Shown: positions 1-14,127 of the stretch, in pieces
Layout: every line of letters begins with the position of its first letter
Numbering within the stretch: position 1 is the stretch's first letter
Source: Amoebidium appalachense
Lineage: Eukaryota; Protista; Ichthyosporea
Direction: 5' to 3'
NCBI GenBank assembly: GCA_963693365.1
Contig: CAVNZM010000002.1
Coordinates: 5,906,259 to 5,970,258 of the forward strand
DNA: 64,000 nucleotides
The notes under the pieces: model-generated
Told to the model about the DNA's origin: nothing
Seen by the model: only the letters and a program-made list of their open reading frames with translations
Database searches by the model: none
Position numbers and translations under genes: made by a program

Positions 1-304
1 AGACTCTTTGTAAATCTTGCTATATTCCTTTTGACAACAAAACTTGTAACAAAACAGTGTATATAATATATACGATTATGCCAAAATATATTCTCTATTA
101 TCCATGTAGTGTTAAAAAATTGCTACAAAACTGTCGACACTGCCAAGAGCCATGTGAAGGTTACTGATTGGCTACAGCTGAAAAGCATCATATGTCTGAT
201 TGGTTTACCTAAGCTCCTTTCCACATTACCAACCAATCGTTTCCGGGGATCTGACGTCTCCCGTGACTCCGGAATCCGCCAGCTCCCAGAACCCGGGCCA
301 GCTG

Positions 305-2048
305 CAGGGTTCGAAGGACGGTGGAGCCCATTAACGGAAGTCGAAATCCCGTTTCGGAAAACCTCTTCGAAAATCGGAATGCTCCGTCGGAGCAGGCCCA
401 CCAAAAATCGTAATGGTCGCGCATCAGTAAAATAGGGCATGCTTCTTTGTGCCTATATTGCATCAAAATGTAATTATAATGCATACTCAAAAACCCCTGT
501 GGTTATTAGAGGCCTTCCTGGTGTTGGCAGTTGAAGCTTTGAAGGAATAAAAGGGAAATATCAGTGGAAGTGCATTAACGCGTACGCACAATACATATAT
601 ATATTCATTTTGTCTACGTATATACGTACGGTCACGTCCTCTTACACATATGTGCGGCAGTGCCAGTGTATATGAGGATATATACTATGTGTGAATATGT
701 ATCTAGTTCCTGTGTGTGTCACTGTGTCCGTGGCCTTATTTTTGCCCAGTGCACGCATTTTCTTTTATTTGATGAACATGATCATGAATCATGTACATGT
801 TTCTAGTCGAGGTATTAGTTTAGTGCAATTTGTGCCTTCCCCGATTCGGATTGGGTCCGTGAACCAGCCAATTTGAGCTGTTTAAATGACCAATTTCTAT
901 AAAGATGTGCTTTCCGATTACGACGTTATGCTGAAAGAAGCACTGTGACAGAAACCAACCAAGAAAATCACTGTACCGGAGTTTGCGCCCTTTGTTACAA
1001 GCACGATTGCGAAGCTCGAAGCAGTACTTTGGTCGCAATACCACGTACGGAACGGAGGGGGTTGCCAACCTTATGACGTTTTGCAAGGCTACCATATGCC
1101 AAAACAAAGTAGTGTACAAAGAACACCCGATGCACATACCTCCCATGCAAACACGATGCAGGATGTTTACTCGGTTGTCTCGAATCACATGTACAAATAC
1201 GTATACGTGCAAGCACTCATTGATAATTTGCAAAACCGATTCCCCTCGGACGAGTGCACTGAGGCTATGGACGTGTTTGTTCCATCGAAGTTCCCCACAC
1301 CAAAAGCAGTCTCGAAGCATACGGAAACGACAAGATTAGAGTGCTCGCTGAGTTCTATGGGTCTGTTAAAACAGTGGGCGGAACGAATTATATACCCCCA
1401 CTTGCCGCCGAAGATGTGATAGATCAGTGGCCACGTGCCAAACAAATTATCTTTGAGCACCGGCATCTCCTTGAGGTTAAAGTACGTAGAAAATGTACCT
1501 GTTGGATATAGGTCTCTGAACGAGGCATGGGCCGATCTCTGTAAGATAGAAACTTTGCAATCATATTGTGCTGCTGTACTTTGAGTTGGTTAACATTGTG
1601 AGAATAATCCCATGGCCATGTAGTAATGCAACAAGTGAACGTGGCTTCTCTGGTATGAATATCATTAAGACTTCTCTCAAAGCACGTATGACAACACTGA
1701 CAGTGCACAATCAGCTCATGATAGCCATGAATGGGCCGGATATAGAGGCAGATGTGAAGCACGTGAAAGCTGAGCTGAGCTTAAGCTTCAGAAAGAATTT
1801 AGTTAAAGAGGGCAAACTGAAAGGGTTGACTGTAGAAGGGGCCAAGGAGCAGCTGGAAAAGGCCCAGGTGGCCGAGGCAGCAGCCCAAAAGAAGGCTCTG
1901 GCAGATTTCCTGGCTTTTGACTGGAACAGGGTGCACAATGTGTATATTGCCAACCCTTTCAAATAAATTGGATCTCTGACAACACACCAGCACCTATAGT
2001 AACCGTCAAGTAGTGTGGGGGAGGGGATCGGGGAGGGGAGGGAGGGAG

Positions 2049-2094
<46 letters not shown>

Positions 2095-2982
2095 GTGAGT
2101 TGAGGCAGCAACATGGGAAGCTCAGGCAGAAATCGAATGTTTGGGGTGCATAGCATGTAATTGTACAGGGTGGATGCATGTGCACGTTTGTGATACAGTT
2201 ATCATGATCGATCTGAGATAGTAATACTATGTGCCTGTGCACGTGTACTTAGCCTAGGTCACATGTGTGGTGTCGCGGCTGTGTATGTATGTGCATGTGC
2301 ACGTGTGTCTTTGAACGGAACACAGTGGTGCACAGTGTGTGTATTGCCTGCCATTTAAGACGCGTGCCAATGATCGTGATACACGTGGCACCTTCACCTG
2401 GTGGCCGTCGACTCTGAGCATCTAGATCCATTCCATGTTTAGGCCTTCCTGGGGGGAAGGGGGGGGGGGGGGGGGGGGGGGATCCGTCTGAGAAGGGGGG
2501 GAGGGGGGAGGGGAGGGGTGAGGCCGGAGCGGCGGTGGGGGAGAAGGAGGGGCAGCACTGGTGGAGGGAACGGTGGGCAGCGGAGGAGGGGGTAATGGGG
2601 TTCGATTTCTGGGGGTGGGGAAGCTTTGAAGTGGAGGCCGGCCTATATATATACATGCGCAGGCATATGCATTGTATATATATATGTTCATGTGGCCATG
2701 CATGGCTTTGATGCATATGTGGTGTCACGGCTGTGTGTGTGTGAATGTGTGTGTGTGTGTCTGTGTGTGTGTGTGTGTGTGTGTGCATGGGTGTGTGCAT
2801 AAATGTGTTTGGTGTGACAACATGTACATGTGCTAGGCTGGCGGTGTAGTCAGGGTCTGCCATTGAACATTCTACAGGCCTAGGGACAGCTGCAGGAGAC
2901 ACGTACGTACGTGTGCAGCTTGTGTGGGTGGTGTATGCCCCGTGTATGATGAGACCTGCCAAGTCATGAGAAGCTTCCCCCC

Positions 2983-3024
<42 letters not shown>

Positions 3025-3108
3025 CGTTCCGATTCGGCCGGGACGATTTTCGGAACTGTGTTTACACCTATCGGAAATTCCGATTTTTTTTCGTAACTTC
3101 GAACCCTG
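305..3108 (+). mobile_element. Decayed hAT-superfamily DNA transposon
   Basis: Perfect 12-bp TIRs: CAGGGTTCGAAG (305-316) and CTTCGAACCCTG (3097-3108). Identical 8-bp TSD GCCAGCTG at 297-304 and 3109-3116. Internal transposase fragments are present. Confidence 0.92.
983..1966 (+). pseudogene. Fragmented hAT transposase (ZNF862-like C-terminal dimerisation region)
   Basis: ORF 1568-1966 carries PCSNATSERGFSGMNIIKTSLKARM...LMIAMNGP, the hAT dimerisation-domain motif. An upstream frame gives LIDNLQNRFPS...MDVFVP. The pieces lie in different frames. The 5' limit is approximate. Confidence 0.8.
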
Positions 3109-4962
3109 GCCAGCTGGCGGCAGAGCTGCCTCGATACACTGTTGAAGCCTTGATGATATAATGCATGCACTCAAAAAAAAATATATATATGAAGTGGTTG
3201 TTTAACAGCAAAAGGAGGGTATTGTTGTTTAACAGCAAAAGGAGGGTAGGGACGGGCCGAGAGTAGTCTGAATTGAGTTGCGGCGACGGTGCGCCGTCCT
3301 GCGTATTGTACTCAATGTGCTGGTCCAAGGGCACTCCCAACTGGCGGGCCGCCCGTCCTCGGCCCGGACTGTTGGCCCGGGCGTCTCTGGATGAAGGCTG
3401 GCCTGAAGGGCTTTTTCTGTTGACCCCCGCGTGCATTCGCAGCCGGCCCATCTGGGGCAAAGTGACCGTCTCAGACCTTCCCATGACCCGATTCGCGACC
3501 CGCAGAGCGTCCGCGCCGTATGTGCAGTCATTACACAGGCATTCCGCCCGCCCCACATCCCCTCCGAACGCACGACCCTAAGCGCGCCTTATATAGCTAC
3601 CTGCAGTTGGCGTTGGATTTGATTGTGGGACACATTTTGGCGTTTTTGATTGGCTCTTTAAGAGGCAGCATGCACGAAAACAAAGGTACAAAAAAGAACA
3701 CAAAAAAAAGAATTCGAAAAACAATACACGTCAACTAACTTTATTAGTCCCCATGGCCAAGCACGCACAGCATACCTCAGGAGGTCCTTAGCATACAGCC
3801 TACACGTACGGACACATGCTAACACCTACTTGTGAACACCTTAGTGACATGGGCAGAACAGCTTGCGTGCAACCGCGTTCGAAAATACCACTGTATCTGC
3901 TCTAACACTTGCCACACTTTCGTGCTGGTTGCACTCAGTCAACAGTGCCTATGTCCTACAAAGGCAACCTGTACTATGATAAACGGAAACAAACGTATGT
4001 GGCAGATGTACATGGCCACACTGGTGCAACCCAACGCCGTGAGACTTGAAAGGCACACGTGCACACGCACGCACTCACTCGCACACGCGACGTGTGCGTG
4101 AGTGCATGCATTTCTTTAGGGCAAACACGCCCACAAACTAAATTCCTAAATACATGCCCGCGGCCGTACAGTAGCATATCACTTGCATATCATCTGCAAT
4201 TCTGTAAAATATTCATCCAACGAGCACGTACAAGCACTAAAAACCTAATGTAGCTTCCACAACTTCAGCCTTCAACTTGGTGCGTTCACTCCTGGGGTTT
4301 TGGTATTTGTGCACAAGCTTTTTTTTTCCTGCAAACGTGACAGTGATTATTACCGTACACAGTGTGCTCACTCCCCCGTACGCATACGGGCATGCACAGC
4401 CTACCTTTCGCTACCACTGGCTTTGAGCACCAGCACAGGCTCCAAGCCCACCAACAAACACTAGCACAAGTGTAAACTCATTGTGGCTGACAAACACAGG
4501 CACCATCTGTGATGCCTTGTTGGTGACACACACAAGCGCACGTACACCGCTCAGCTAAATTTCGCAGTGGCTCATTTCCCAGTGTTGATGGCTTCCTATT
4601 TAGTCGTGTTCCATCTACTTCGCATCCCCTCCCCCCCCCCCCCCCCCCCCCCTCCCCCCTCCGATATCGATCCCCCAAGGCTTCCCGCTCCCTTCTCCTG
4701 GGACGGCCCTCTGAACACACTCCTGGGGGCCTCCCCCTGTACGGTATTGTTATTTCCTTTTTAAATTCTCCTGGAAACGAACGGAACAGCTCAACGCATC
4801 TCATTCCGTGACATCGTTATCTTTCTTTTTTCCGGAGTGTCCGCCCTCAGCCCACCTACTATATTAGTATTCTAGCAGGGGCCCTCGAAGTTCCTCCTGG
4901 GGCCCGAGCAGTCAGTCAGCCACCAGCCTGATACCTAGCTACCACCTACTGAGTCGGTGTCT

Positions 4963-4997
<35 letters not shown>

Positions 4998-5819
4998 AAA
5001 GGGCCGCCTGAGTAGATGTTAAAATGTCGCACGTGCGGCAACACGTCAGTACGTGTTAGGATACCTAGGTGCTGTTGACCATTATCTGGCAAAGCACCTT
5101 GTGACAATCGGATGTTGAAACACACCCGGGCACTATTGTAAGTGACTGGCAACACTAACTAGCGGCCAAATAGAACTCGACCGCTTCAAGGCACTGCGTG
5201 CACGTGCCTCATGATCGACCCGTTTTCCAAAGGTTTATGCATCAACGAACACTAACCATAAACTCATGTAAGCCTTGGCGTGCAATCATCGGGATGTATT
5301 CTCCAGGCCATGGCCACCACATATATGCTATCGTGAGGCAGGCAGTAACGAATATAGGTGCGAAGCACTCAGCATATGCATCATGACTCAGCGATTTTGG
5401 GCGGGCCAGTGGGACAGGAGTTTCAGAAGTACGCCCTGCATTCGCCAATCGGATACCCAAGCATGGCCTTGATGTACAAAGCACACACACGTTCTGCTTT
5501 AATTTAGTAAGCAACATTTAATTGCTCCTTCTTCATTGTACCACAATTGGAGGTGAAGCAGCACCACGTCGGTGGAGCCAGCCACCTAAATACTAGTATG
5601 TGCACCGACATGCCTTGTTATCCGTTCACTGTGTCTTTATGCGCCATTCTACGTTGAAATAAAAGAGTCTTGGTACTATCAATCATCTGTGTCGTACTAC
5701 CAATCATCTGAATCGTACTGTCAATCATCTTCAACAATCTCGTCAGGTCACAGCTCCAGACTTTCATACACTACTTCAATCCCTTCGTTCAGCTCACACT
5801 ACCAAACTATATACATTTC

Positions 5820-6602
5820 TTACTGTGTGCCCGCTTGCACTGGCCACCGTGGTGTCGTGGGTGTTTGCACACGTACACACGCCGCTGCCTTCAGCTGTGG
5901 TTCCTGCTGCCCGTCACTGGCGTCTGCGGTGTATGCTCGCTTGAGGCTGGGGCCTGTCATTGCATGGGAGAGTGCAGGGGGTGTTGGTGTGCCCGGCACG
6001 TGGAGCGGCGGGGTGTAAGGAGGGGTGGGGGGTGGTGTTGGTGCCGAGGCCTGCAGCATGGCACCTATGGGCAGGCCGAGCCTGGACACGTAGTGCCACG
6101 ACCGCACCACCCTGTCTGCCTCGTATGCGCGGCACAGGGCTCTGAAGGCCGTGGGTTGCACGTGCAGCCGGTAGCCCAGCGCCTGCAGCGTCTGCAGCTC
6201 CAGAGTCTGCAGTGTGGCACGGGGCAGCTGTGCGGCCTGGGTCCAGGTGGCGTATGTGGGGCGGTGGTTGTCCTCGAGGTACTTGGCCGCCAGCACCAGG
6301 CACCCCACCACGGCACAGTGTCCGCACTCCAGCAGGCTGCCTATATTCTCCTCACCGAGCGGCAGCCGCCGCACGTAGCTCAGCGCCACCACCAGCAGGC
6401 CGTGGCCTACCTCCAGCCGGCCCAGCAGCGTGTAGAGAAAGGCCCCCAGGGTGCCCACGGGGGTGTGTGCGCACAGGCGATGGCCGCGTGTCTGCAGCAG
6501 CCACGTAAGCGGACCGTCCTCCGCGCACGGAACCAGCGCGTCCTCACTGGGCACACAAAGCCCAGGCGCAGACGCGCGCCTGCAGACAGCATTAGGGGTC
6601 AT
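5820..6602 (-). CDS. PHO80/PCL-type cyclin (cyclin box), single exon, 260 aa
   Basis: Cyclin-box motif LVVALSYVRRL...CLVLAAKYLEDN...W...LQTLELQTLQALGYRLHV. Pro/Thr-rich tail. ATG to TAA, with GC-rich coding composition like the other exons. Confidence 0.88.
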   Translation of the reverse strand: MTPNAVCRRASAPGLCVPSEDALVPCAEDGPLTWLLQTRGHRLCAHTPVGTLGAFLYTLLGRLEVGHGLLVVALSYVRRLPLGEENIGSLLECGHCAVVGCLVLAAKYLEDNHRPTYATWTQAAQLPRATLQTLELQTLQALGYRLHVQPTAFRALCRAYEADRVVRSWHYVSRLGLPIGAMLQASAPTPPPTPPYTPPLHVPGTPTPPALSHAMTGPSLKRAYTADASDGQQEPQLKAAACVRVQTPTTPRWPVQAGTQ

Positions 6603-8061
6603 GGCCCCGGCGATGAAAGAAATGAAATCCCTCGTCGAGTCAAAGCCCTCTTCGAGCCAATTGCCAGTGTCTGTGCACCTCAGCGGACAACGGGTAGGGT
6701 GCGTGTCGCGTCGGAGCGATGGGTGCAGGATCTCACTTGGCGTGCTGTGTGGCTGTATAGAGGGTATGCATCATCAAGATAGTCCAGAAACTGTGTGCTT
6801 AGCTTCGAACACCGTTCACTAGGTTTTCAAGCGCTTTGTGTGTTTTCTGTGTATGAATATGAGCGAGCTCTGTTTTGGGCATCTGCACGCACGTCAGACA
6901 GGCGAGGTATTCGAGCGTCACGGACAGCATGCGGGTTATATACGCATAGGGCGTAGGTGTACGCGTTAAGCAAGGTTTGGTTTATTTTTTACCGAGCCTC
7001 TGGGGTAAATCTTTTGACTAATCGACTGACAGCTAAGACGTCACCCATAGATGTACGGTTTGTAGAAAGGCAAGGCGGTACATCAATTTGGTGTGGGCGA
7101 TTCTTGCCAGTTTCAAACTGGACCCGCCACTTTGCCAGATAATCATAGGCTGCTATGGTGATTACGTGTGCAGGATATAGAAATTCATTTTCAGCATTAT
7201 TGTGCACTAATATTCGCTCTTTTAGCCATCAGTCTAGAAAAAACCAGTAAGCAAGCGGTTGTGTGGCATATGAATGTAATGCCGCATCACTGAAAGACAT
7301 GGGACAGCGGCGCACGTGGCTACATCCTGGTCTCAAAGTGATACGGCCCGGAATGATCATGCGCATACCACAGGTTCGGCGCAAGTAGAAAATGGTGTGC
7401 CCAATCCCATATGGCATAGAAGATTTCGATAGTAAGTTGTATGCGGCACGCATTATTTCCTGTAAGTAAATCGGTTTTATTGCTTCACTATGTTGAGCGC
7501 TCCACATGTGAAAATGTAGAATATATATATATTGCACTCATGCAAAGAAAGTGGACACGTGAGCTAATTGTACGTGCAGCTGCCTACGCGCACGTTCCCT
7601 CGGATTTCGTGCACCGCAAAAAACGCGTACACTCAGGGTGTGAAAATCGGCATGTGTTTTGTGGGCTAATAGGTAGGTTGCACCTGCCTGACTAGTGCCC
7701 CGATAGGGCCACTGACTGCTCTACAGGGGGAGATTGCATAACATTTTCTCCATTATGCAAAAAAACTAAGTTAAAAAATCGGCGGATCTTATATAAAAAG
7801 TTTAGGGCATGATATGTGCCAAATTAGAGCCAACCACGAAGACATAATTTCACAGCCTGGAGTATATATGCATATTCCAGAAGCCCGGTATCATGCGGCC
7901 GTTACAGACAGTGAAGTTACAATATACGCACCGGTGCCGTGTGTAGGACAAAGTTTTCATACTTTACAATAATATACATACAATATATATTATATATTTA
8001 TGAATATGCATATATATATATATATTTACACGGTTGATAAACATGGTAATGTACATCCCTC

Positions 8062-8889
8062 CAGAGGCGTGGCGGAGGGTTTTTGGGCCAGGCCGGGCCG
8101 GCCCGCCCGGCCTGTCGATTTTTCGGGCCAGGAACAGGCCAGGCCGGGCTCAAGATTATACCATATAGGGCAGGTTTTTGTGCAAAATGTTTGCGCAAAA
8201 TCCTTCTGACCTGCCTGGGGGTCCGGATTCACCGTACTATGTGACGTCACTGTCAGTGAACTTGGAGGGGTGGGGAGGTGGGGTCTGGTTCGAACTGCCT
8301 ATATTGTAGGCCCGGCTCGGCCCGGCCCGTACATTTTTCGAGCCAGGTTGGCAGCCCGGCCCGCCACATCTCTCCACAATCAATGTCGATGAATGCCATG
8401 GCGGCATCGGCCACAAAGTGGCTGAGATTTATTATGATGATATTCCATGCATGACTCAGCGGCTGCGGCGACACCGTGATCGTGAGCTTGTTCCACTTCA
8501 TCCTGAAAAACTTAAATCGAATCGCGATCGATTGTCCCCCATGGTAAATGAACAGGATGATCATGATACGATGATTGGGCCTTGAACATGATCGCCGGAT
8601 CGCGATCACCTCAGCCTGATTATGCATGTACATGCATATGCTCGATGAAGTGCAATGATCCCCTACATGTGCTCGACCATGATCATCATTTCGGTCACGG
8701 ATATCGATGGTCGAACAACATCACCTCAGCTGCAGAGCATAATAGCGTGGAAGCCCCTTCAATTGATTAAAATTTACTCGGAGTAGGTAATACCAATATA
8801 TATTCGGAGTTCTCCCAGTGACTTTGCGATCATACGCTCAATTGGCGGCGCGGGCCCGGACCCGGCCCGGCCCGCCGTTTTACACGCTG
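8062..8889. repeat. Clusters of GGCCCGG/CCGGGCC motifs, probably degenerate DNA-transposon ends
   Basis: Motif clusters at about 8085-8150, 8310-8365 and 8850-8880. Imperfect inverted ends AGAGGCGTGGCGG (8063) and CCGCCACATCTCT (8361). No TSD found. Confidence 0.35.
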
Positions 8890-9460
8890 AACCCTTGTTA
8901 GCCCCAAAAAGTGACCTTTAGATCCATGCGCAGCTGCCTTATATAGTATGATCTGAAACTTTTGTCCAATGAAAATCGTTATCGCTCCCAATTTGGAAAG
9001 TGACTTTCGGGCCAAAAAGCTACCTAATCGGTCGCTAAAACGGTTTGGGTCTCTCCACGGTAGTATACCCGTGACTACTGAACCGGCCCGTTGAAAGGGA
9101 TAGATATACGCGGCAGCGTTTTGATTCCTTTGCCAACTTCATGCCGAGTGAAGGGAGTACTTGCTTGTGTACTTACCCCCCCCAAATGAAAATTTTTGTG
9201 TTTTTCAATTTAAAGGTTTGGGCATTTCAGGGGCTGAACATTAGCATATATATGAATGACAGTGTATGCGCGCAGCGTGCATGCTTTGGTGTCATCGATT
9301 GCATGATCATGAACATATATCCGGTTTATTTTGTTGTCAAAAAAAAGCATAAGCTATCTCTAATATATAGTAAGCTATGAAGCCCAAATACGGAACGACA
9401 CCCCTCAAACAACAGTTCTTTCCATCAAAGAGCACCCCTATTTCTGGTGTTATCTCTGAT

Positions 9461-9720
9461 CAGGCCCGACCATAAGTCCATTCGGAGCCTCCAAATTACC
9501 ATCGAAATTTGGAAAATACCATCGGATTCCGGACCTAGGGTTCGGTCCCAAAAATCGGATGGTACCGGATGGTCCCGGGGGGATATATGGATACTACCAT
9601 ATCATATGTAAAAAATGCATATCCCAAAATTTCGATGGTACGGAAAGTACCATCCGATTTTGCCAAAATTAGATCCGGGTTTTGAAAGTACCATCCGAAA
9701 AATCTGAATTTTCGGGCCTG
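9461..9720. mobile_element. 260-bp hAT-type MITE
   Basis: TIRs CAGGCCCGA / TCGGGCCTG. Identical 8-bp TSD TCTCTGAT at 9453-9460 and 9721-9728. Repeated internal TACCATC/GATGGTA motifs. No coding capacity. Confidence 0.9.
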
Positions 9721-10329
9721 TCTCTGATCCACACCCGCGCCGCTATCTGCATGCGGAGCTTATGCCCCAGTCATATCAGTGGTCGCATATTCACCGTGGT
9801 ACACGTAAACAATGATGGCGAGGTCAGGCAATCCGTCCTGGGCCGGCGCGCCGGGATAATTTGTGGCCCGTCGCGAGGCAAAAGCCATGATTGGCTTGGC
9901 TTACCCACGCAGGATTGCATGATGTCTGACAGGATCACGCACAGACACACACCCACACGCACACTAGACACGCACACACACGTACGCAGCGAGTCAGCGA
10001 CACCGTTCATAAGTGGTGTGCTCCGCACAGCAGAAGCACACATACTCCTTAGCAACACGTGACACGTGTTAATATATTTTCGAATCGGTGTGGCAAAATG
10101 AATAAAGCTGGCCTTGACCAGTGGGTATTACAAACGGTGGCATTCAAGCGCCTACGTGCATGCAAATGTGTGGTGTGTGTGCACAGTGTGTGCGTGTGTT
10201 GTGCAACGTGCGTGTCTACAGCAAAGTCTGGGAATATGTGTGTGAGGTGCTCTCGAGTACTCGGTGCACTCGTTGCGTGTTGCTGTGCACGTGTACACTG
10301 CCACGACGAGCATGCTAATATGTTTGTTG

Positions 10330-11650
10330 TCATTGTGGTGATGGCCGTTGGCCTCCCTCCTTGCCTGCATACTTCTTCTTGCCTGCGTCCCGGACCAGTT
10401 AGCTTAGGGTGTGAAATGAACGAGTGACCAAGGAGAGGAGAGGAGGAGGAAGGGCGGGGGCCGGGGAAGGGGGGGAGGGGAGAGGGGGGGGAAGGGGAGG
10501 ACACCCACATCCACAGAACAGTTCACACTTAGTCAACAATGCTCCAAATATGCACAGCACAACATAGTGCAAGTACAGTGATATGAACACTGTAGGAGCC
10601 ATATTTGCACAGTGCAAGAGAAAATAAATGCACATACAGTACACTACACCGTGTAATCACAGTGAAATGCAGAGTGTGCAAGCCACATATTGTACAGTGA
10701 GAGAGCAATAAAATGCACAGCACACCACGTCGTGTAACCATAGTGAAATGCTAGTAAGGGCCAATATGTTGCACTGTGTAATAAAGAGCAATATAATGCA
10801 CACCACAACATAAAATGTAAAACGCATTTTAGGGGTGCAGTGCCACGCATGAAAAGCAGTATGCTGCAGCGTGTCACACAGTGCGATGCACAATGCAGCG
10901 CCCGGTATGTTGCATAGCACGCCACACATACCACAACTAAAAAAGCCATAAGAATGGACATGCACAACAAACAACAGGGCACCGTACCTCACACATCACA
11001 ACAACAAGGTGTGGAACAACTAGCACAGTATCGAATGTCACATAGTATCACACACAGCCTCTAAAAGAGTACCCAACACAGCACAGTGGGCTTGTATTCA
11101 AAACAATTCTGTTAATTAAATCATCCACATACCTGTGGTGAAGGGCAGGTACTTGTATCTGATCATGTGGGCTATCTGCTTCTTCATGGTGACTGCAAAC
11201 AGCACACAGAAGTACAGCACCAGTATGGGCCAGAACACGGGCACATCGAACATCTTGAACAGCGTGCAGCCAAGTGCTATCAGCGTGGCTCGCGTGGCAC
11301 TCTCCCTGCACACACACACACACACTCGGTCAGTCTCAAGCATCATGCCTGTCTGGTCCGGCAAATGTGTGCGTGAGACGGGTATAAGGAGGGCATGGAG
11401 GAGGAAGTATGATCTATACGGAAAGGGGGCCCGTGGGGGGGGGGGGGGAGGGGGGGGGGGGGGAGGGGGAGAGGGGGGGAGCGGGGAAGAGAGAGAGGGA
11501 TGAGGACGACCGGGGTTGGGTGTATGAAAAAAATGCTCGGAAAAGCAGAGCGAAATTAGCGCTCGGGGTGGGTGGAAAGGGGGGGGGGGGGGGGGAAGGG
11601 GGGGTAAAAGGTCCTACAGAGCATGAAGTACACAATCAAGACAACAGTAT

Positions 11651-11683
<33 letters not shown>

Positions 11684-11896
11684 CTTATGTGAAAAACATC
11701 TGGTGTATGCATAAGAGGGTGCGCAGTATTAGTAAACTATTGGGTGGGGTGGGGAAGAGGGGGCGCGTGTGTTAGAGGGTGGGCAACACGCATGCACACA
11801 TCGGCGGGGGGGGGGGGGGGGGGGGGGGGGGGGAGGGGAGCGGGAGGGACGCATATGTCTAAGTGGGTAAAAGACGGTAACCGTACTTGTGTGTTT

Positions 11897-11945
<49 letters not shown>

Positions 11946-12774
11946 GGCGGGGGGAAGGGGAGGGGGGTATGGATTTGTGTATGTAGTGTGTGTGTGTGTG
12001 TGTGTGTGTGAGGGGGGGGGGGTGGGGGGTAGTATCACGAAAGGCTTGGAGGGGAGAGGGGGGAGTGGAGGGTAGGGGTTGGGGAGGGGGGGGGGGGGGG
12101 GGGGGGGGGGGCTTCTTGGGAGAGGAGAACACGGAAGCAAAGACGAGAACACTGGCCTACGCAAAGGCACCAGCCCAGACACAGGTGTGCACCACAAAAA
12201 CATAGCCAAATGTCACCCTGCAATACCCAAAGAGCTCCCACCCTAAAGCGCCCCCTTCCCCCCCCCCCCCTCCCCCCCCCCTCTTCCCCCCCCCCCCCCT
12301 CCCCCCCCCCCATATATAAAAAATGCAAACAAAAACAGACGCAGAAATAGAGAGACAGCTTGAGAGCACAGAATGAACACTTTCCCCAAAGTTACGCTCA
12401 AATATCTTGCATTCCCCCAACCTCCCCTCCCCCTCTCCCTCACCCAACCTCCCCCCCCCCCCCCCCCGCTCGCTCTCTCTCTCGCTGTGTGTGTGTGTGT
12501 CCATAGCATGGACAATCATCCCACGTGGCCTTTTGCTGGCTTGGCACAGATAGCATGCATGGCACAGTCCATCACATGCAGCAACGTGCCCCCCCCCCCC
12601 TTCCCCCCTCCCCTCCCCCCTCCCCCCTCCCCCTCCCCCCTTCCCGCCCGCCTGCCAGCCTGCCCGCCCGCTTCCCATCCTAGGCTGACACACCTCCACC
12701 AGAATCCTTCAAACAAACAGAAAGACACCCTCTCCACACACGCACGCACACATACAAACAAACAGACCCCCCCC

Positions 12775-12824
<50 letters not shown>

Positions 12825-13559
12825 AAACACACACACACACACACACACAACTTCACCACCACCACCACCACCACCACCACCACCACCACCGCCGACCCAC
12901 CCACCCACCCACCCACCTACACACACACAAAAGAAAAAAAGAAAGAAAGAAAGAAGGAAAGAAAAAGAAAGAAAGCAAAAAACAGAGAGGCACATACCAG
13001 AACTTGAACTCTGGCAGGCGGCGCACAAAGGGCTTGAACTCCTCATCAGCCTTGGTGGGCAGTGACGGCCCTGGGGTGTACAGGGTTAAAAAACAGAAAC
13101 AACACACATTCAAATGTATGGAACCACACCGCATAGCCATCGATCTTCCTACCCGCCACATGCATGCAAACCCCGACACCTATCATCCTTATTCTCTCTT
13201 CTCCCCACCCCCCCCCCCCCCTCCGCCCGCCCCCCCCTCCTCCCCCCCCCCCCCCCCACACACACACACACACACACCACCACCACCAGCACCATCACAT
13301 TTGCAAGGTTGTAACCAGGACAATAGAGAAAGGCAGCAGAGGGGGACACATGGCATACAGAGATGGCGGTATATAGGGCACATGGAATGGGGTATGTTGA
13401 TCTAATATGTGGTTTCACGCAAGAAAAGGTGGTGGTTTCAACGTTTTTTGTTCTTTTTTTTGTTGTTGTGTGTGTGATTATGTGCGACCGGGGAAAATGG
13501 GGGATAAAGGTGGTGGTGGTGGTGTTTGTGTTGGTGGTCGTGGATGGGGGGAGGGGGAA

Positions 13560-13597
<38 letters not shown>

Positions 13598-13790
13598 TAC
13601 GGAATACGAATAAGACATTCATGACGGTCAACACATAGCAGATACACGAGAGTCCATCAGAAACAGAGCCCATTTCTCAAAGAGAGCTCAGGTCACCCCC
13701 CCCCCCCCCCCCCCCCCCCCCCCACCTCACCAACACTACCACCACCACCACCACCCATACCCACACGCACGCACAAGCACACGCACACGC

Positions 13791-13850
<60 letters not shown>

Positions 13851-14080
13851 CTTTTTTGTGGGTTGGACGGGGGGGGGGGGGGGGGGGGGGGGGGCATATA
13901 TACATCCATAGATACACCCAAACAAATAATGCACGCATGCCTTCCGCACTACCAAAGCCCACACGCACACAAACGCACCAATGCACCACACATACAAGTT
14001 CCTGCAACCTACCACACACAACACACAACGCGCGCGCGCACACACACACACACACCGAGAAAACACTCACACACACACAC

Positions 14081-14127
<47 letters not shown>

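Noticed and set aside
7634-8889. Possible TIR pair CAGGGTGTGAAAATCGG / CCGTTTTACACGCTG
   Set aside because: Several mismatches, and the flanking 8-mers differ (CGTACACT vs AACCCTTG).
10520-11100. Repeated CACAGTG (RAG/Transib-like heptamers)
   Set aside because: Low-complexity RY-rich intron with no nonamers, TIR pair or TSD.
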